DNA of 64,000 bases. Origin: Chloroflexota bacterium. GTDB lineage: Bacteria > Chloroflexota > UBA11872 > JBHOQS01. Under the pieces are notes generated by a model. That model was not told the DNA's origin and searched no databases. It worked only from the letters and a program-made list of their open reading frames with translations. Position numbers and translations under genes: made by a program. Of this stretch, positions 19,693 through 30,300 are shown piece after piece; the stretch's first letter is position 1; each line of letters begins with the position of its first letter. The stretch covers positions 368,424 to 432,423 of the forward strand of contig JBHOQS010000022.1 of NCBI GenBank assembly GCA_042408875.1, in the 5' to 3' direction.

Positions 19693-19968
19693 TCACTCCA
19701 CGCGGATCTCGGACGTGCGCCGCGTGCGAGTCTCTTCTTCCTCGCTCCGCTCCATCCGCTCGATAGCCTCGTCGATCAGGCTGCGGAAGGCCAGCAGCAT
19801 CTCCTTCTGGGCATTCCGCAGATGCTGGCGGAACTCGCTCATGTCGACCAGACGGATGCGCGGTGCCTCGATCTCGATCCGGAAGAGCGGCTCGCGTTCA
19901 CGCCTGTGCGCCTCGGCCTCCCCGCGCACCCGTTCGCCTTGCTCCTCGCCACCGGCATGCACATCCAT
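19693..19968 (-). CDS. Small highly charged coiled-coil protein immediately downstream of the ArsA-like ATPase gene
   Basis: About 91 aa, Glu/Arg-rich (FRIEIEAPRIRLVDMSEFRQHLRNAQKEMLLAFRSLIDEAIERMERSEEEE). The track ORF extends to 20010. ATG at 19968 preferred. Confidence 0.45.
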   Translation of the reverse strand: MDVHAGGEEQGERVRGEAEAHRREREPLFRIEIEAPRIRLVDMSEFRQHLRNAQKEMLLAFRSLIDEAIERMERSEEEETRTRRTSEIRVE

Positions 19969-20061
19969 GGCGTCTTCCTCCTGTACCCTCGTCGCATAGC
20001 CTCGACGCAATGCTATCAGGAGGCGCAGCCTCCTGCGACCCCACCGGCTGCGCCGCCAAGT

Positions 20062-21261
20062 CTACCTTCGCCCCGCCTGTGTGGCGGCCTGGCGCGGGAC
20101 GCTACTGAACTCGATGCGCAGCACGCCGTTGTGGAACGTGGCACGGCGGTAGCGCTTCTCCACCAGCGCCCGCGGCAGGACGATGTTCCGCCGCACCATA
20201 CCCAGCCGGATGATCAGCTCATCCCCGGTGCCGTGCAGCTCTACATCGCCCTTCTCAGCAAACGGCAACGGGATCGAGAGTACGTAGCCGTCCTCTACCT
20301 TGTCGATCAGATGCGGCTGGGTGCGGTACATGATGCAGCTCGGATCCGCGTCGCCGAAGATAGCCTGTCCCATCCTGTCCAGGGCATCCAGGCCGACGAC
20401 CTCATGGTCGAACAGCGGCACCGGCAGGATGGGTAGGGGAGCGAATGCCTCCTCGACCATATGGCGGTAGCGGCCCTGAGTCTCTTTCCACGACGTAAAG
20501 TAGCTGTCGCTCACCTCGGCGGGCAGCAGCCGGTTACACACGATCGCGTCGGTCAGGTAGCCGTACAGGTTCAGATACGTGAAGGTGCGCTGGGCCTCTT
20601 TGATCACCATCTTCTCCGGATTGAGCACCAGCCGCACCGTAGACATCTCCTTATCGGCCAGCAGGGCGCGCATCCGACCGAGACGCTCGAAGAGCGTCTT
20701 CACTGATTCGAAGACGTCATCGCTGGGGAAGGGCATGTCCAGCACACGCTGTGCCACCGGACGGATCAGGCGGGCCGCCTGGCGCTCGATGGGGAAGATC
20801 TTCTCCAGCCACCACTGGGCCACCTCGGGGAAGCTGAGCAGACGCAGGGTCTCGCCGGTCGGCGCGCAGTCCACAACGATAACATCGAACTGCCCGGTCT
20901 CGTAGTGCTTGAGGAGCTGGAGCAGGCTGGCCAGCTCCTCCATGCCGGGCAGGATGGTCATCTCCTCGGCGATGAGCTCGTCCAGCCCGCGCCACTGGAT
21001 CAGCGCGGTCAGGTACGCCTGGAGCGTGCCCCAGTGCGTGCGGATCTCATGAAAAATATCGACCTCTTGCCCCCACAGGTTGTCGGTGACGGGGTGGGGC
21101 TCTGGTCCGAGCTCGATGTCAAAGGCGTCGGCGAGGCTGTGGGCTGCGTCGGTGCTCATCACCAAGGTACGATAGCCCAGGCGCGACGCGCGCAGCGCGG
21201 TTGCTGCGGCGACGCTCGTCTTGCCGACCCCTCCCTTCCCAGTATAGAGAATAATCCTCAT
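20062..21261 (-). CDS. ArsA/GET3-family P-loop ATPase with C-terminal HSP20-like beta-sandwich domain
   Basis: Deviant Walker A YTGKGGVGKTSVAAA, single ArsA half, C-terminal GDELIIRLGMVRRNIVLP...VLRIEF. ATG at 21261 with GGGAG RBS. Upstream track extension rejected. Confidence 0.8.
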   Translation of the reverse strand: MRIILYTGKGGVGKTSVAAATALRASRLGYRTLVMSTDAAHSLADAFDIELGPEPHPVTDNLWGQEVDIFHEIRTHWGTLQAYLTALIQWRGLDELIAEEMTILPGMEELASLLQLLKHYETGQFDVIVVDCAPTGETLRLLSFPEVAQWWLEKIFPIERQAARLIRPVAQRVLDMPFPSDDVFESVKTLFERLGRMRALLADKEMSTVRLVLNPEKMVIKEAQRTFTYLNLYGYLTDAIVCNRLLPAEVSDSYFTSWKETQGRYRHMVEEAFAPLPILPVPLFDHEVVGLDALDRMGQAIFGDADPSCIMYRTQPHLIDKVEDGYVLSIPLPFAEKGDVELHGTGDELIIRLGMVRRNIVLPRALVEKRYRRATFHNGVLRIEFSSVPRQAATQAGRR

Positions 21262-21402
21262 TCGCTCCCTCGTCTGCGTCAAACCTACCCGGCCTGCACA
21301 CCAGATGCTTCGGAGGCTCGGTATGCTGCTTTCCCTCACGCGATGGGTCTTGCTACCCTCCCGCGCGAGCACCTGATAGGATGGGTGAACCCTTCTCAGC
21401 GC

Positions 21403-22428
21403 TCAGGCAGCCGACGTGGCGGACTGCATAGTAGCCTGACCCCCGCCACACAGCGCTCGCTCCAGGAAGGCTGTGACGCGGGCGCAGTAGCCCGGACGGT
21501 CCTGGAAGTAGGCGCCGCAATGAATGGTGTCGGTGATCCAGAGTTCCTTCGGCTCGCCCGCCGCAGTATAGATCCGCTGCGCGTGCTCGAGCGGGACAAC
21601 GGTATCATAGGAACCGTGGATCACCAGCAGCGGTCGTGGTGCGATGTGCACCACGTCCCGTAGCGGCTCGACATCGCGAAAGCGATACCCGTACCGTTTG
21701 TATAACTGGCGGTCAACCATCGCCAGCACCGGCCCGGTCAGCGGGCCGAGCTTGCGTTGCACATGCCAGGCGACGATCTCGCGCTGGCTAGTGAACGGAC
21801 TGTCAGCCACGACGGCGCGCACGTCCGGCTCGCGCGCAGCGACCATAATGGCGATGGCCGCGCCCATGGAATACCCGAGCACGCCAAGCGGCGAGCCGGG
21901 CAGACGCTGGCGCAGGAACGCCAGAGCAGCGCGTGCATCCTCGAGCTCTCGGTACCCCAGCGTGACCGGCTCACCAGCGTGGTCACCATGGCCACGGTAG
22001 TCAAAGAGTAGCACCGCAAAGCCCCGCCGCCACAAGTAGGAAGCAATGCCGAGCAGGTCACTCCGGCGCCCGCGGTAGCCCCCGCAGGCCAGCACGGCTG
22101 GGCCGCCGGCCTCCTGCGGCAGGAGCCAGCCATGGAGGAGCGCACCACCCTGCGTGGGAATCTGTACATCCTCCCAGGCGACCCCTGTCTCGAAGGGGGT
22201 CCAGGTGTATGCGGTGTCGGTGCGCGGCGATGGCCCGGTGAGCTGCGCCGTGACATACTCGACCAGCGCCAGCGAGGCCAGCCCGAGTGCTGCGGGCGCC
22301 GCCAAGCTCGCAGCCAGCAGCAGGCGTCCGGACAGACGCGCCGCCCGGACCAGCTCTTGCCCGCTGGCGCCACTCCCGAATGAACGGGCCGCATCGAAAT
22401 AGCCTGGATGAAGCGACGAACCTTGCAT
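21403..22428 (-). CDS. Membrane-anchored alpha/beta hydrolase (dienelactone-hydrolase/S9-like)
   Basis: N-terminal TM helix, nucleophile elbow GYSMG, His-Asp region. Start chosen at MQGSS (22428). The track ORF extends to 22521. Confidence 0.7.
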   Translation of the reverse strand: MQGSSLHPGYFDAARSFGSGASGQELVRAARLSGRLLLAASLAAPAALGLASLALVEYVTAQLTGPSPRTDTAYTWTPFETGVAWEDVQIPTQGGALLHGWLLPQEAGGPAVLACGGYRGRRSDLLGIASYLWRRGFAVLLFDYRGHGDHAGEPVTLGYRELEDARAALAFLRQRLPGSPLGVLGYSMGAAIAIMVAAREPDVRAVVADSPFTSQREIVAWHVQRKLGPLTGPVLAMVDRQLYKRYGYRFRDVEPLRDVVHIAPRPLLVIHGSYDTVVPLEHAQRIYTAAGEPKELWITDTIHCGAYFQDRPGYCARVTAFLERALCGGGQATMQSATSAA

Positions 22429-22582
22429 CGTGCACGCAGTGAACTGGAAATCTCTCCCGCCGGCAGCATGGGCTGTACACACCACCGGCTGCTGCTGGCG
22501 AAGCGCAGGCGGCCCGTGCACGCTTGTGCTACCCTGCTGCGCGGCTACATGCGTAGTTAAGTATACAGCGCGCCGGGGTCCG

Positions 22583-22606
22583 TCGAAACGGGTCTCGAAA
22601 CGGGTC
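22583..22606. repeat. 12-bp tandem direct repeat tcgaaacgggtc x2 in the promoter region of the hydrolase gene
   Basis: Seen directly. Confidence 0.6.
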
Positions 22607-22732
22607 TAGGGGAACTCACCATGCAACAAACACAAGTAGCCGGGAGCGTTACCTCCCAGCTGCTCGTGTCGCAGGCAGAGGGGCGTCGCGACCACGCCCG
22701 GAGGCCCCGACGCCCCTTCGGTCAGGCGGGCG

Positions 22733-23515
22733 CTACGCGCTCGGCACTGCCGCCTGGCCTGCTCCGCCGGCGGGGCGCAGGCGCTGCTCACCCTTGCCCC
22801 ACGGGGTACCCAGCAGGGGCAGCAGGATGTAGTCCAGACCCCACCAGCCTGAGACGCGCCAGCCGTAGATGATTAGCGCCTCGAGGATGATCATCGTCGG
22901 GTTGCTCGACGTCGAGCCGGCGAACATGAAGGAGAAGTTCATCAGCAGGGCGAACGTCGCCGCGATGGCCGTGAGACCACCGAAGAGCAGGCCCAGCCCG
23001 ACGAGGATCTCACCCCAGATAATCACCTGGTTGAACCAGGTGTGCCAGTTGTTATCCAGCATGTACTGGATGAAGGCCCGGTATGCCGGGTAGGTGATCG
23101 GCGGCCTGCCCTGCTGCGGCACGACCACAGCGCGCTCCCAGAAAGACCGCAAGGCCTGCCCGGTCTGGAACCACGCCGGATCAGTGAGCTTGTGCCAGCC
23201 GGCTTCCAGCCACTCCCAGCCCAGGAACAGGCGAATGCCCAGGTAGAGCGGAGCCGCTTCCTTCGCCCGGCGCAGGAACCTGGCGACCTTCCACTCCGGC
23301 GCCGCTGCCACCTCGTCCTCGGACGTCTCATCACGTCCAGGCCGGTAGAACTGCACGAGCACTGCCGCGATGCCAACCCAGAGGACCAGGCCAACTGCAA
23401 AGGCCAGCAGCGCGGTGCCGGCGCTACTCTGCGGGTTAGCCGCCACATAGAGCAGATAGCCGCCGATCAACGCCGCAATAGCAGCTATGACTTTGCGAAC
23501 GACCGAGTTATCCAT
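22733..23515 (-). CDS. DoxX-family membrane protein
   Basis: LRIFLGWEWLEAGWHKL DoxX signature, four TM helices. Confidence 0.7.
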   Translation of the reverse strand: MDNSVVRKVIAAIAALIGGYLLYVAANPQSSAGTALLAFAVGLVLWVGIAAVLVQFYRPGRDETSEDEVAAAPEWKVARFLRRAKEAAPLYLGIRLFLGWEWLEAGWHKLTDPAWFQTGQALRSFWERAVVVPQQGRPPITYPAYRAFIQYMLDNNWHTWFNQVIIWGEILVGLGLLFGGLTAIAATFALLMNFSFMFAGSTSSNPTMIILEALIIYGWRVSGWWGLDYILLPLLGTPWGKGEQRLRPAGGAGQAAVPSA

Positions 23516-23879
23516 AGCTCACCTCCTTCGTCGTTCTCGCTCTCAATACCATAACCACATTATTACACATTACACCTTCCACTATACCTTCACTCACTAT
23601 ACCTTGCTATACCTATGGAACTGTGCCCACGGACGGTGCTCCAAGGCACTTCCTGAAATCCATTGTACCGGTGCTATCGTGTACCGGCGCTATCGTGCAG
23701 GTCCGTACCGCTGGAGCCTCTCGTCCTGGCCTGCCCTCTTCCTGCAGTTTCAGTATCCGCTCGGGAGCCGATGGTCTGCATCAGGAGAAAGTCCCGAATG
23801 CCGGACCGGCAATTCCCCGACCCCTCTGAGGCCCTCCGGCGGCCGGCCTACGCCGAGGCGCCATGCTACAATCCTGGCG

Positions 23880-24854
23880 ATGGACTCTCTCCGAGCACGC
23901 TTCTACGATCTCAGGCTGCTCTTGACGTTCCGTGACGCTCTGGACACCCTCGACCCGAGCGGTCCTCCCGCCGCGCGCGTGCTCTGGCCGCTAGGTGATC
24001 CACCACTGAGCGGCCGGGCCGGTGTGCTAGCCGGCTCGTTTAACCCGCCGACCCTGGCCCACACAGCGCTCCTCGGGCACGCCCGCCGCGAACAGGGCGT
24101 CGAGCACGCCTGGTTTTTGTTGAGCAAGCACATTGTGGACAAGGAGCGCGTCACTGGCACGATGCTCGAGGACCGTTTGCTCTTGCTCAAGCTGATCGCC
24201 GAATCGCGCTCGGGCTTCGGGGTGGTGCTGGCCAATCGCGGGCTGTACGTCGACCAGGCCTTGGCGCTGCGTACCGTGCTGGGGCCGGCGGTAGAGATCG
24301 TATTCGTCGTGGGATACGACAAGATCATGCAGATCTTCGACCCGCGCTATTACGCTGACCGCGAGGCGGCCTTAGAGCAGCTCTTCGCCCATGCCTCGTT
24401 CCTCGTCGCACCGCGCGCGGGCTACACCGTCGACGACCTGCACCGCTTCCTCAGCCGGCCGGAGAACCGCCGCTTCGCCGTCGGCGTGCGCCCGCTCGGG
24501 CTCGAGCCGGACCTGCTCGCTGTCTCCTCCACCCAGGTGCGGGCGCTGGTTGCTGCCAGGGGTGACTACCGTCCCTACGTGCCTCCGGAGGTGGCAGCAT
24601 TCATCGAGGAAACGGGCGCCTACGCCGGGCCGAGGCGGCTGGCCGGGGGTGAGCATGTCGATGCTTACGCCGTGCGCGCCGGGCTCTTCCAGGCCCTGGC
24701 ATCGCTGGCGCCCCGCCCGATAGAGGCAGACTTCCGATCGCTGGTCATGGCAGCGCTAGCGGATACCCCTGAGGCAGCTGTGCTGCGTGCTGAGGCGCTG
24801 TCAGGCCGCGCCGGGCCGGCGCTGCGCCAGTGGCTTGTCACTCACCACGGGTGA
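23880..24854 (+). CDS. Cytidylyltransferase-fold nicotinate/nicotinamide-nucleotide adenylyltransferase-like protein
   Basis: GSFNPPTLAHTALL is an H/TxGH-type nucleotidyltransferase motif. The track ORF from 23487 includes 390 nt of low-complexity upstream sequence that is not protein-like. ATG at 23880. Confidence 0.55.
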   Translation: MDSLRARFYDLRLLLTFRDALDTLDPSGPPAARVLWPLGDPPLSGRAGVLAGSFNPPTLAHTALLGHARREQGVEHAWFLLSKHIVDKERVTGTMLEDRLLLLKLIAESRSGFGVVLANRGLYVDQALALRTVLGPAVEIVFVVGYDKIMQIFDPRYYADREAALEQLFAHASFLVAPRAGYTVDDLHRFLSRPENRRFAVGVRPLGLEPDLLAVSSTQVRALVAARGDYRPYVPPEVAAFIEETGAYAGPRRLAGGEHVDAYAVRAGLFQALASLAPRPIEADFRSLVMAALADTPEAAVLRAEALSGRAGPALRQWLVTHHG

Positions 24855-27132
24855 TCAGCCGGATCCGTTCAGCAACCAGCTCGGCCAGGTGCAGCGCGCG
24901 GGGGACAGGCGCGCCAGGATGCGCCCGCGCCCAGACGTCCAGGCCACCGCGCAGGTGCATCAGGCAGCCTGGGTTGTCCATCACAGCTGCCTCGGCGCCG
25001 GTGGCCAGGATGTGCTTGATCTTGCGGCGCATGATGCGCTCAGCCACGCGCGGGTGCTCCAGCGAGAACGAGCCGCCGAAGCCGCAGCAGATGTTCGCGT
25101 CCTCCATCTCCAGGAGAGGCAGCCCGAGCACGGTGGTGATCAGGCGTCGCGGCTCGGCGCGCAGCCCCAGGCAGTTACAGGACTGGCAGGCATCGTGATA
25201 AGTCACCGTCAGCACTGGCATGCCATCGCGGACGAGCGCCCCGTCGGGTAGGCGGGCCACGCGGTCCAGAAACGTGGTGAAGTCAATGATCCGCTGCCCC
25301 AGGGCGCGAGCACGGCTGCGCAGCTCGGCGTCGTCCTCCAGGATGCGCAGGTAGTCCTGGGTCATAGCGACCACGCACGAGGTCGAGCTGCTGACGATGT
25401 AGTCTGCCTGCACCTGCTCGAGCGCCTCCAGCGTCCGGCGGGCCATGCGGCGGGCATCGGGCTCGTCACCGGCGTTGACCGCCGGTAGGCCACAGCAGCT
25501 CCATCCAGACGGGAACACCACGCGGCAGCCCAGCGCCAGCAGCACTTGCCAGACTGCCTCGCCTGTGCTGGGAGAGAGCCGGTCGGTGATGCAGCCAGGG
25601 AAGTACGCTACCGTGAGCCCGGCCGCGCCGTTCGGCACAACCGGCTGCTGCGGCCCGGCAGGCAGCGCACGCGCCCGGTCGCGGAACGGCTGCCGGGCGA
25701 TCGCCGGCAGCGAGCGCCAGCGCGCCTGCTCGCGCAACAGCGGCAGCGGCACCGTGCGCACGAAACCGTCCTGGACAAACGGCCCCTGCAAGTGGCTCAG
25801 GAGGCGCACCGCCCGCTCAAACCTGGGCGGATCTGCCAGCGTCTCCAGGGCCATACGCTTGAGCCATGGCATCCCCCTCTTCTCGGTGACCTGCCGGCGC
25901 ACCTCCATGATCTGCGCCGGTAGCGGGATGCCCGCCGGGCAGACGGTCTCGCAGGCGTTGCACTGCGCACACAGGCTCTGCGGCCCGGCGGCCTCGTCCA
26001 GGCCATGGTGGATGGCCGTGAGCATCAAGCCAACCGGGCCGGTATAGATGTAGCCGAACGCGTGGCCGGATACCTCCTGGAACGGCGGGCAAACATTGGC
26101 GCAGGCGCCGCAGCGGATACACTGGAGCACTTCACGCAAGCGCGGGCTCTCCCGCGTGGCTAGGCGGTTATTATCCAGCAGGATGATGTGCAGCTCTTTA
26201 GGGCCTTGGACACCGATGGTCAGCGTCAACTCGATGTCAGCTGTACGGCTGGGGCCAGTGATATAGCTGACATAGGTGGTGAGTTTCTGCCCAGTGGCCG
26301 AGCGCGCCAGCACCTTCAGAATCGCCGTGGCGTCCTCAAGGGTAGGCACGATCTTCTCTACGCCGAGCATCGCCACGTGCACCGGCGGTAGGCCGGTGGC
26401 CAGACGGCTATTGCCCTCGTTAGTGACGATAACTAGCGTGCCCGTCTCGGCGATAGCGATGTTCGCGCCCGAGATGCCTAGATCGGCCTCGATGAAGAAG
26501 CGGCGCAGGTGTGTGCGCGCGACCTGCACCAGGGCCTCGGGATCAGGCGGGACCTCTTCGCCGGTGAGCTTGCCGAAGAGCGCAGCGATCTCTTCGCGGG
26601 TGCGGTGGACGGCCGGTACGATCAGATGAGAGGGATGATCGCCGGAGAGCTGCATGATCCACTCGCCCAGGTCGGTCTCGATGACCTGAACGCCGAGGCT
26701 CTCCAGGAAGGGGTTGAGCTCAACCTCCTCCGTGGCCATGGACTTCGACTTCACGGCTAGCTTCACGCTGTGCCGCTGCACGATCTCTCCTACGATGCGC
26801 CGGGCATCCTCAGGCGTCGCGGCGAAGTGGACGTTCGCACCGACCTTCTCGGCTTCTTCCGTGAACTGCCGAATGAGCTCAGGCAAGCGCTCAACCGCGG
26901 CGCGGCGGCGTGCGGCAACATCGGCCTGGAGCGCCTTGAAATCTACCCCCTCGAAGGCGGCCAGGCGCTTGGCCCGAAAGGAGGGCAGGGCCCGGTCAAG
27001 GGCCAGGGTAACGTTCGGTGAGGCCAGAGCTCGCTCCAGCCGCTCCTTGAAGGAAGGACGGGCGTGGTGTGCCGGGCGAGCATCACGCTTCTGTGTGGTC
27101 GAAGCCTTTGGCGTTCCTGTCGAGGTCGTCAT
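24838..27132 (-). CDS. Fused lactate-utilisation LutB-LutA protein (DUF162/LUD + 2x[4Fe-4S] ferredoxin + CCG cysteine-rich domains)
   Basis: LUD domain, two CxxCxxCxxxCP clusters (CIRCGACANVCPP, CAQCNACETVCPAG), then two CCG-type motifs (CCG, CxxC...CCGFGG). 17-nt convergent overlap with the previous gene. Confidence 0.8.
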   Translation of the reverse strand: MTTSTGTPKASTTQKRDARPAHHARPSFKERLERALASPNVTLALDRALPSFRAKRLAAFEGVDFKALQADVAARRRAAVERLPELIRQFTEEAEKVGANVHFAATPEDARRIVGEIVQRHSVKLAVKSKSMATEEVELNPFLESLGVQVIETDLGEWIMQLSGDHPSHLIVPAVHRTREEIAALFGKLTGEEVPPDPEALVQVARTHLRRFFIEADLGISGANIAIAETGTLVIVTNEGNSRLATGLPPVHVAMLGVEKIVPTLEDATAILKVLARSATGQKLTTYVSYITGPSRTADIELTLTIGVQGPKELHIILLDNNRLATRESPRLREVLQCIRCGACANVCPPFQEVSGHAFGYIYTGPVGLMLTAIHHGLDEAAGPQSLCAQCNACETVCPAGIPLPAQIMEVRRQVTEKRGMPWLKRMALETLADPPRFERAVRLLSHLQGPFVQDGFVRTVPLPLLREQARWRSLPAIARQPFRDRARALPAGPQQPVVPNGAAGLTVAYFPGCITDRLSPSTGEAVWQVLLALGCRVVFPSGWSCCGLPAVNAGDEPDARRMARRTLEALEQVQADYIVSSSTSCVVAMTQDYLRILEDDAELRSRARALGQRIIDFTTFLDRVARLPDGALVRDGMPVLTVTYHDACQSCNCLGLRAEPRRLITTVLGLPLLEMEDANICCGFGGSFSLEHPRVAERIMRRKIKHILATGAEAAVMDNPGCLMHLRGGLDVWARAHPGAPVPRALHLAELVAERIRLITRGE

Positions 27133-27242
27133 CGTAGCAGTCCTGGCAGGCCACCGTGTCTGGCAGCGTGCACGCGTATTCTAGCGCGTTCTTCGCGGCC
27201 GGCTCACATTCTCTCAGATTGGGAGGCGGCAATCAGGAGGCG

Positions 27243-27271
27243 TTGACGCTACACTCGTTTATTCGTAGTAT
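27243..27271 (+). promoter_or_regulatory. Candidate sigma-70 promoter (TTGACG - 17 nt - TAGTAT) for the AfsR-like regulator
   Basis: Near-consensus -35/-10 with 17-nt spacer inside the divergent intergenic region. Confidence 0.4.
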
Positions 27272-27347
27272 ACAAAGAAGCAAAACAGACCAGCCGGCCT
27301 GCCAGCGTTCTAGGGTGGGGATCGTTCGGCATGCTGGGCAGCCTGCT

Positions 27348-30300
27348 ATGCCCTCGCGGGCGTCTGGCGATCCGACGAGCAGCGCAGCGATGTCCTTCTC
27401 CTCCGCCTCAGCACAGTCGGTAGGGGACGCACACCGCTCCTCACAGCCGCCTGGACTGCGCATCCAGCTGCTGGGTGGTTTCCGCGTCTGGGTCGGTAAC
27501 CGCACGATCCCCGACCAGGCGTGGCGGCCGCGCGCGACGGCCACGGTCCTCAAGCTTCTTGCGCTGGCCCCAGGACACCAGCTCCACCGGGACGAAGTCC
27601 TGGAACTGCTGTGGCCAGAGACCCCGGTGGCTACTGCAGCTAACCGCCTGCATGGGATCCTCTACACAGCGCGGCGGATTCTAGAGCCCGACCTCCCCCC
27701 GCGCGCAAGGTCAGCTTACCTGCGTATGGAGGGAGAGCAGGTGGCGCTGTGTCCGGGTGGGGCACTCTGGACAGACGTTGCCGCCTTCGAGACCGCCGCT
27801 GCCTCTGCTGAGACCTCGCAAGAGCCAGCCACATGCATGGCAGCTATTACCCTGTACGGTGGGGAGCTCCTGCCGGAGGATCGATACGAGGAATGGGCGG
27901 TACGCCGACGTGAGGAGCTCCATGCTCGCTATGTGGCGCTGGTGCGCCGGCTTGCCGAGCTCTGCCAGGCGCAGGGTGATCTGGCGGGTACGATCGCTGC
28001 GCTGGAGCGCCTGATCGCGGCCGAGCCTACGGATGAGCCAGCGCACGTGGCGCTGATGCGCCTCTATGCTGCTACGGGCCGCCGCACCCAGGCCTTGCGC
28101 TTATACAATCAGTTCCGCGAGACCCTGCAGCGTGAGCTGGAGGTCGAGCCTGAGGCGGCGACGCAGCGCCTCTATGAGGACATCCTCCGTGGGGATATCC
28201 CCTCAGTCCAGGAGGTCCCTGCGCAGGGCGACTGGCAGGCCGGGCGCGGCGTTCACCCGCCAGCGCAGCGCCGGCATAATCTCCCAGTGCAGCTCACCAG
28301 CTTCATCGGCCGGGAACGGGAGATTGCGGAGGTCACAGGACTCCTCACCACGAGCCGTCTGGTCACGCTCACCGGCACAGGTGGCTGCGGCAAGACACGG
28401 CTGGCCCTGGAAGTGGCCGCTCGCGTGGTGGACTGGTTTGCCGACGGAGTGTGGCTGGTGGAGCTGGCTGCGCTTACGGATGGGCAACTCGTGGTGCAGG
28501 CCGTGGCATCCGCGCTCGGTCTGCGCCAGCAATCCGGGCGCCCGCTCGTCGAGATCCTCGTCGATTACGCGCAGCCACGACATCTACTGCTGGTGCTAGA
28601 CAACTGCGAACACCTGGTCGGAGCCTGCGCCGCGCTGGCCGACCTTCTGCTACGGGACTGTCCCCGCCTGCACATCCTGGCGACGAGCCGGGAGCCGCTC
28701 GGCATCGCTGGGGAGACGCGCTGGCGCGTCCCTTCGCTCGACACGCCCGATCCGCACACGCTGCCGGACGGCGTTGATCTGCCGTCATTGCTGGCCGGCT
28801 ACGATGCTGTACGCCTCTTTGTCGATCGCGCCCGGCTGAGTGCTCCCAACTTCATGCTCACGCCGCACAATGCTGCTGCTGTGGCGCAGGTGTGCCATCG
28901 GCTCGATGGCTTGCCGCTGGCGATCGAGCTTGCCGCGGCGCGAGTGAATGTCCTGCCCGTCGAACAGATTGCCGCACGCCTTCACGACGTCTTCCACCTG
29001 CTCGGGGGCGGCAGCCGGACTGCCCTGCCACGTCAGCAGACGCTGCAGGCGATGATGGACTGGAGCTACGACCTGCTGTCCGAGAAGGAGCAGCGACTGC
29101 TGCGCCGGCTGGCGGTCTTCGCCGATGGGGCGACACTGGAGGCTGCTGAAGCGATCTGCACGGGGAACGGCATCGACGCGGCCGAGGTGCTGGACCTCCT
29201 GGCCGCGCTGGTGGATAAATCGCTCGTCATCGTGGAAGAGCACGCTGGGGAGGCGCGCTACCGGCTGCTGGAGATCATCCGGCAATACGCCGCAGGGAAG
29301 CTGCAGGCTGCTGGCGAAGAGGCGGAGCTACGACGGCGCCATCGCGACTGGTATCTCCGGCTGGCTGAGCGTGCCGAGCCGGAGTCTTGGGGTGCGGCGC
29401 AGCGGCTCTGGCTTGAGCGCCTGGAACTCGAACATGAAAATCTGCGCGCTGCGCTGGCATGGAGCGTGGCCGACCCACAGGGTGCTGAGGCGGGACTGCG
29501 GCTGGCTGCGGCGCTCTGGAACTTCTGGTGGATGCGTGGGTACCTGAGCGAGGGGCGGCGCTGGCTGGAGCAGATGCTGCGTCGCCAGGAAGAGGCGCCG
29601 CTCGCGGCGCGCGCAAAGGGCCTGCATGCGAGCGGCGTCATCGCCTACGCCCTGGGCGATCATGCCACGGCGAACCAGGAGCTAGAGCAAAGCCTGGCGC
29701 TGTACCAGAGCTTGGGGGACCGGCGCGGGATCGCCCTGAACCTGACGTACCTTGGCATGCTGGCCCGCCATCGAGGCGAGTATGCGCGCGCCTCGACGTT
29801 GCTGGAGAAGAGCGCCACCCTCCTCCGGGGCCTCGGGGAAACCTGGGCCATGGCTGTGGCGCTGAACGTCCTGGGCGACATCGCTGCCGACCAGCGGGAC
29901 TACGCTACGGCGCGCGCCTTCTATGAGCAGGGGCTGGGCTTGCTCCGCCACGTCCAGGATACCTGGGGTATCGCCTTCACCCTGGTCCATTTGGGTCGAG
30001 TCGCCTATTGGCAGGGCGAGCACCGGCACGCCGTACTGTTGTGTCGGGAGGCGCTGACCCTGTTGCAAGAGCTTGGTGTCCCGCGGGGGACGGCGGCCTG
30101 TCTGGAGACACTGGCAGGCATTGCCGCGGCGCGCGGGCAGCTTGATCGTGCCACCCAGCTGTTCGGCGCGGCGGCTGCGCTGCGCCGGAGCCTGGGCACG
30201 CCGAGTGCGCCGCAGGAGCGCGCTGACAACGAGCGGGTTATCGCGATGCTGCGCGCTGGGCTGGGTGCGGAAGCGTTCGCTGAAGCATGGGCGGCTGGCT

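Noticed and set aside
27156-27347. GTG start extending the AfsR-like regulator ORF by 64 aa
   Set aside because: It begins 24 nt from the divergent lutBA start and reads through a near-consensus promoter. ATG 27348 or 27390 is more plausible.
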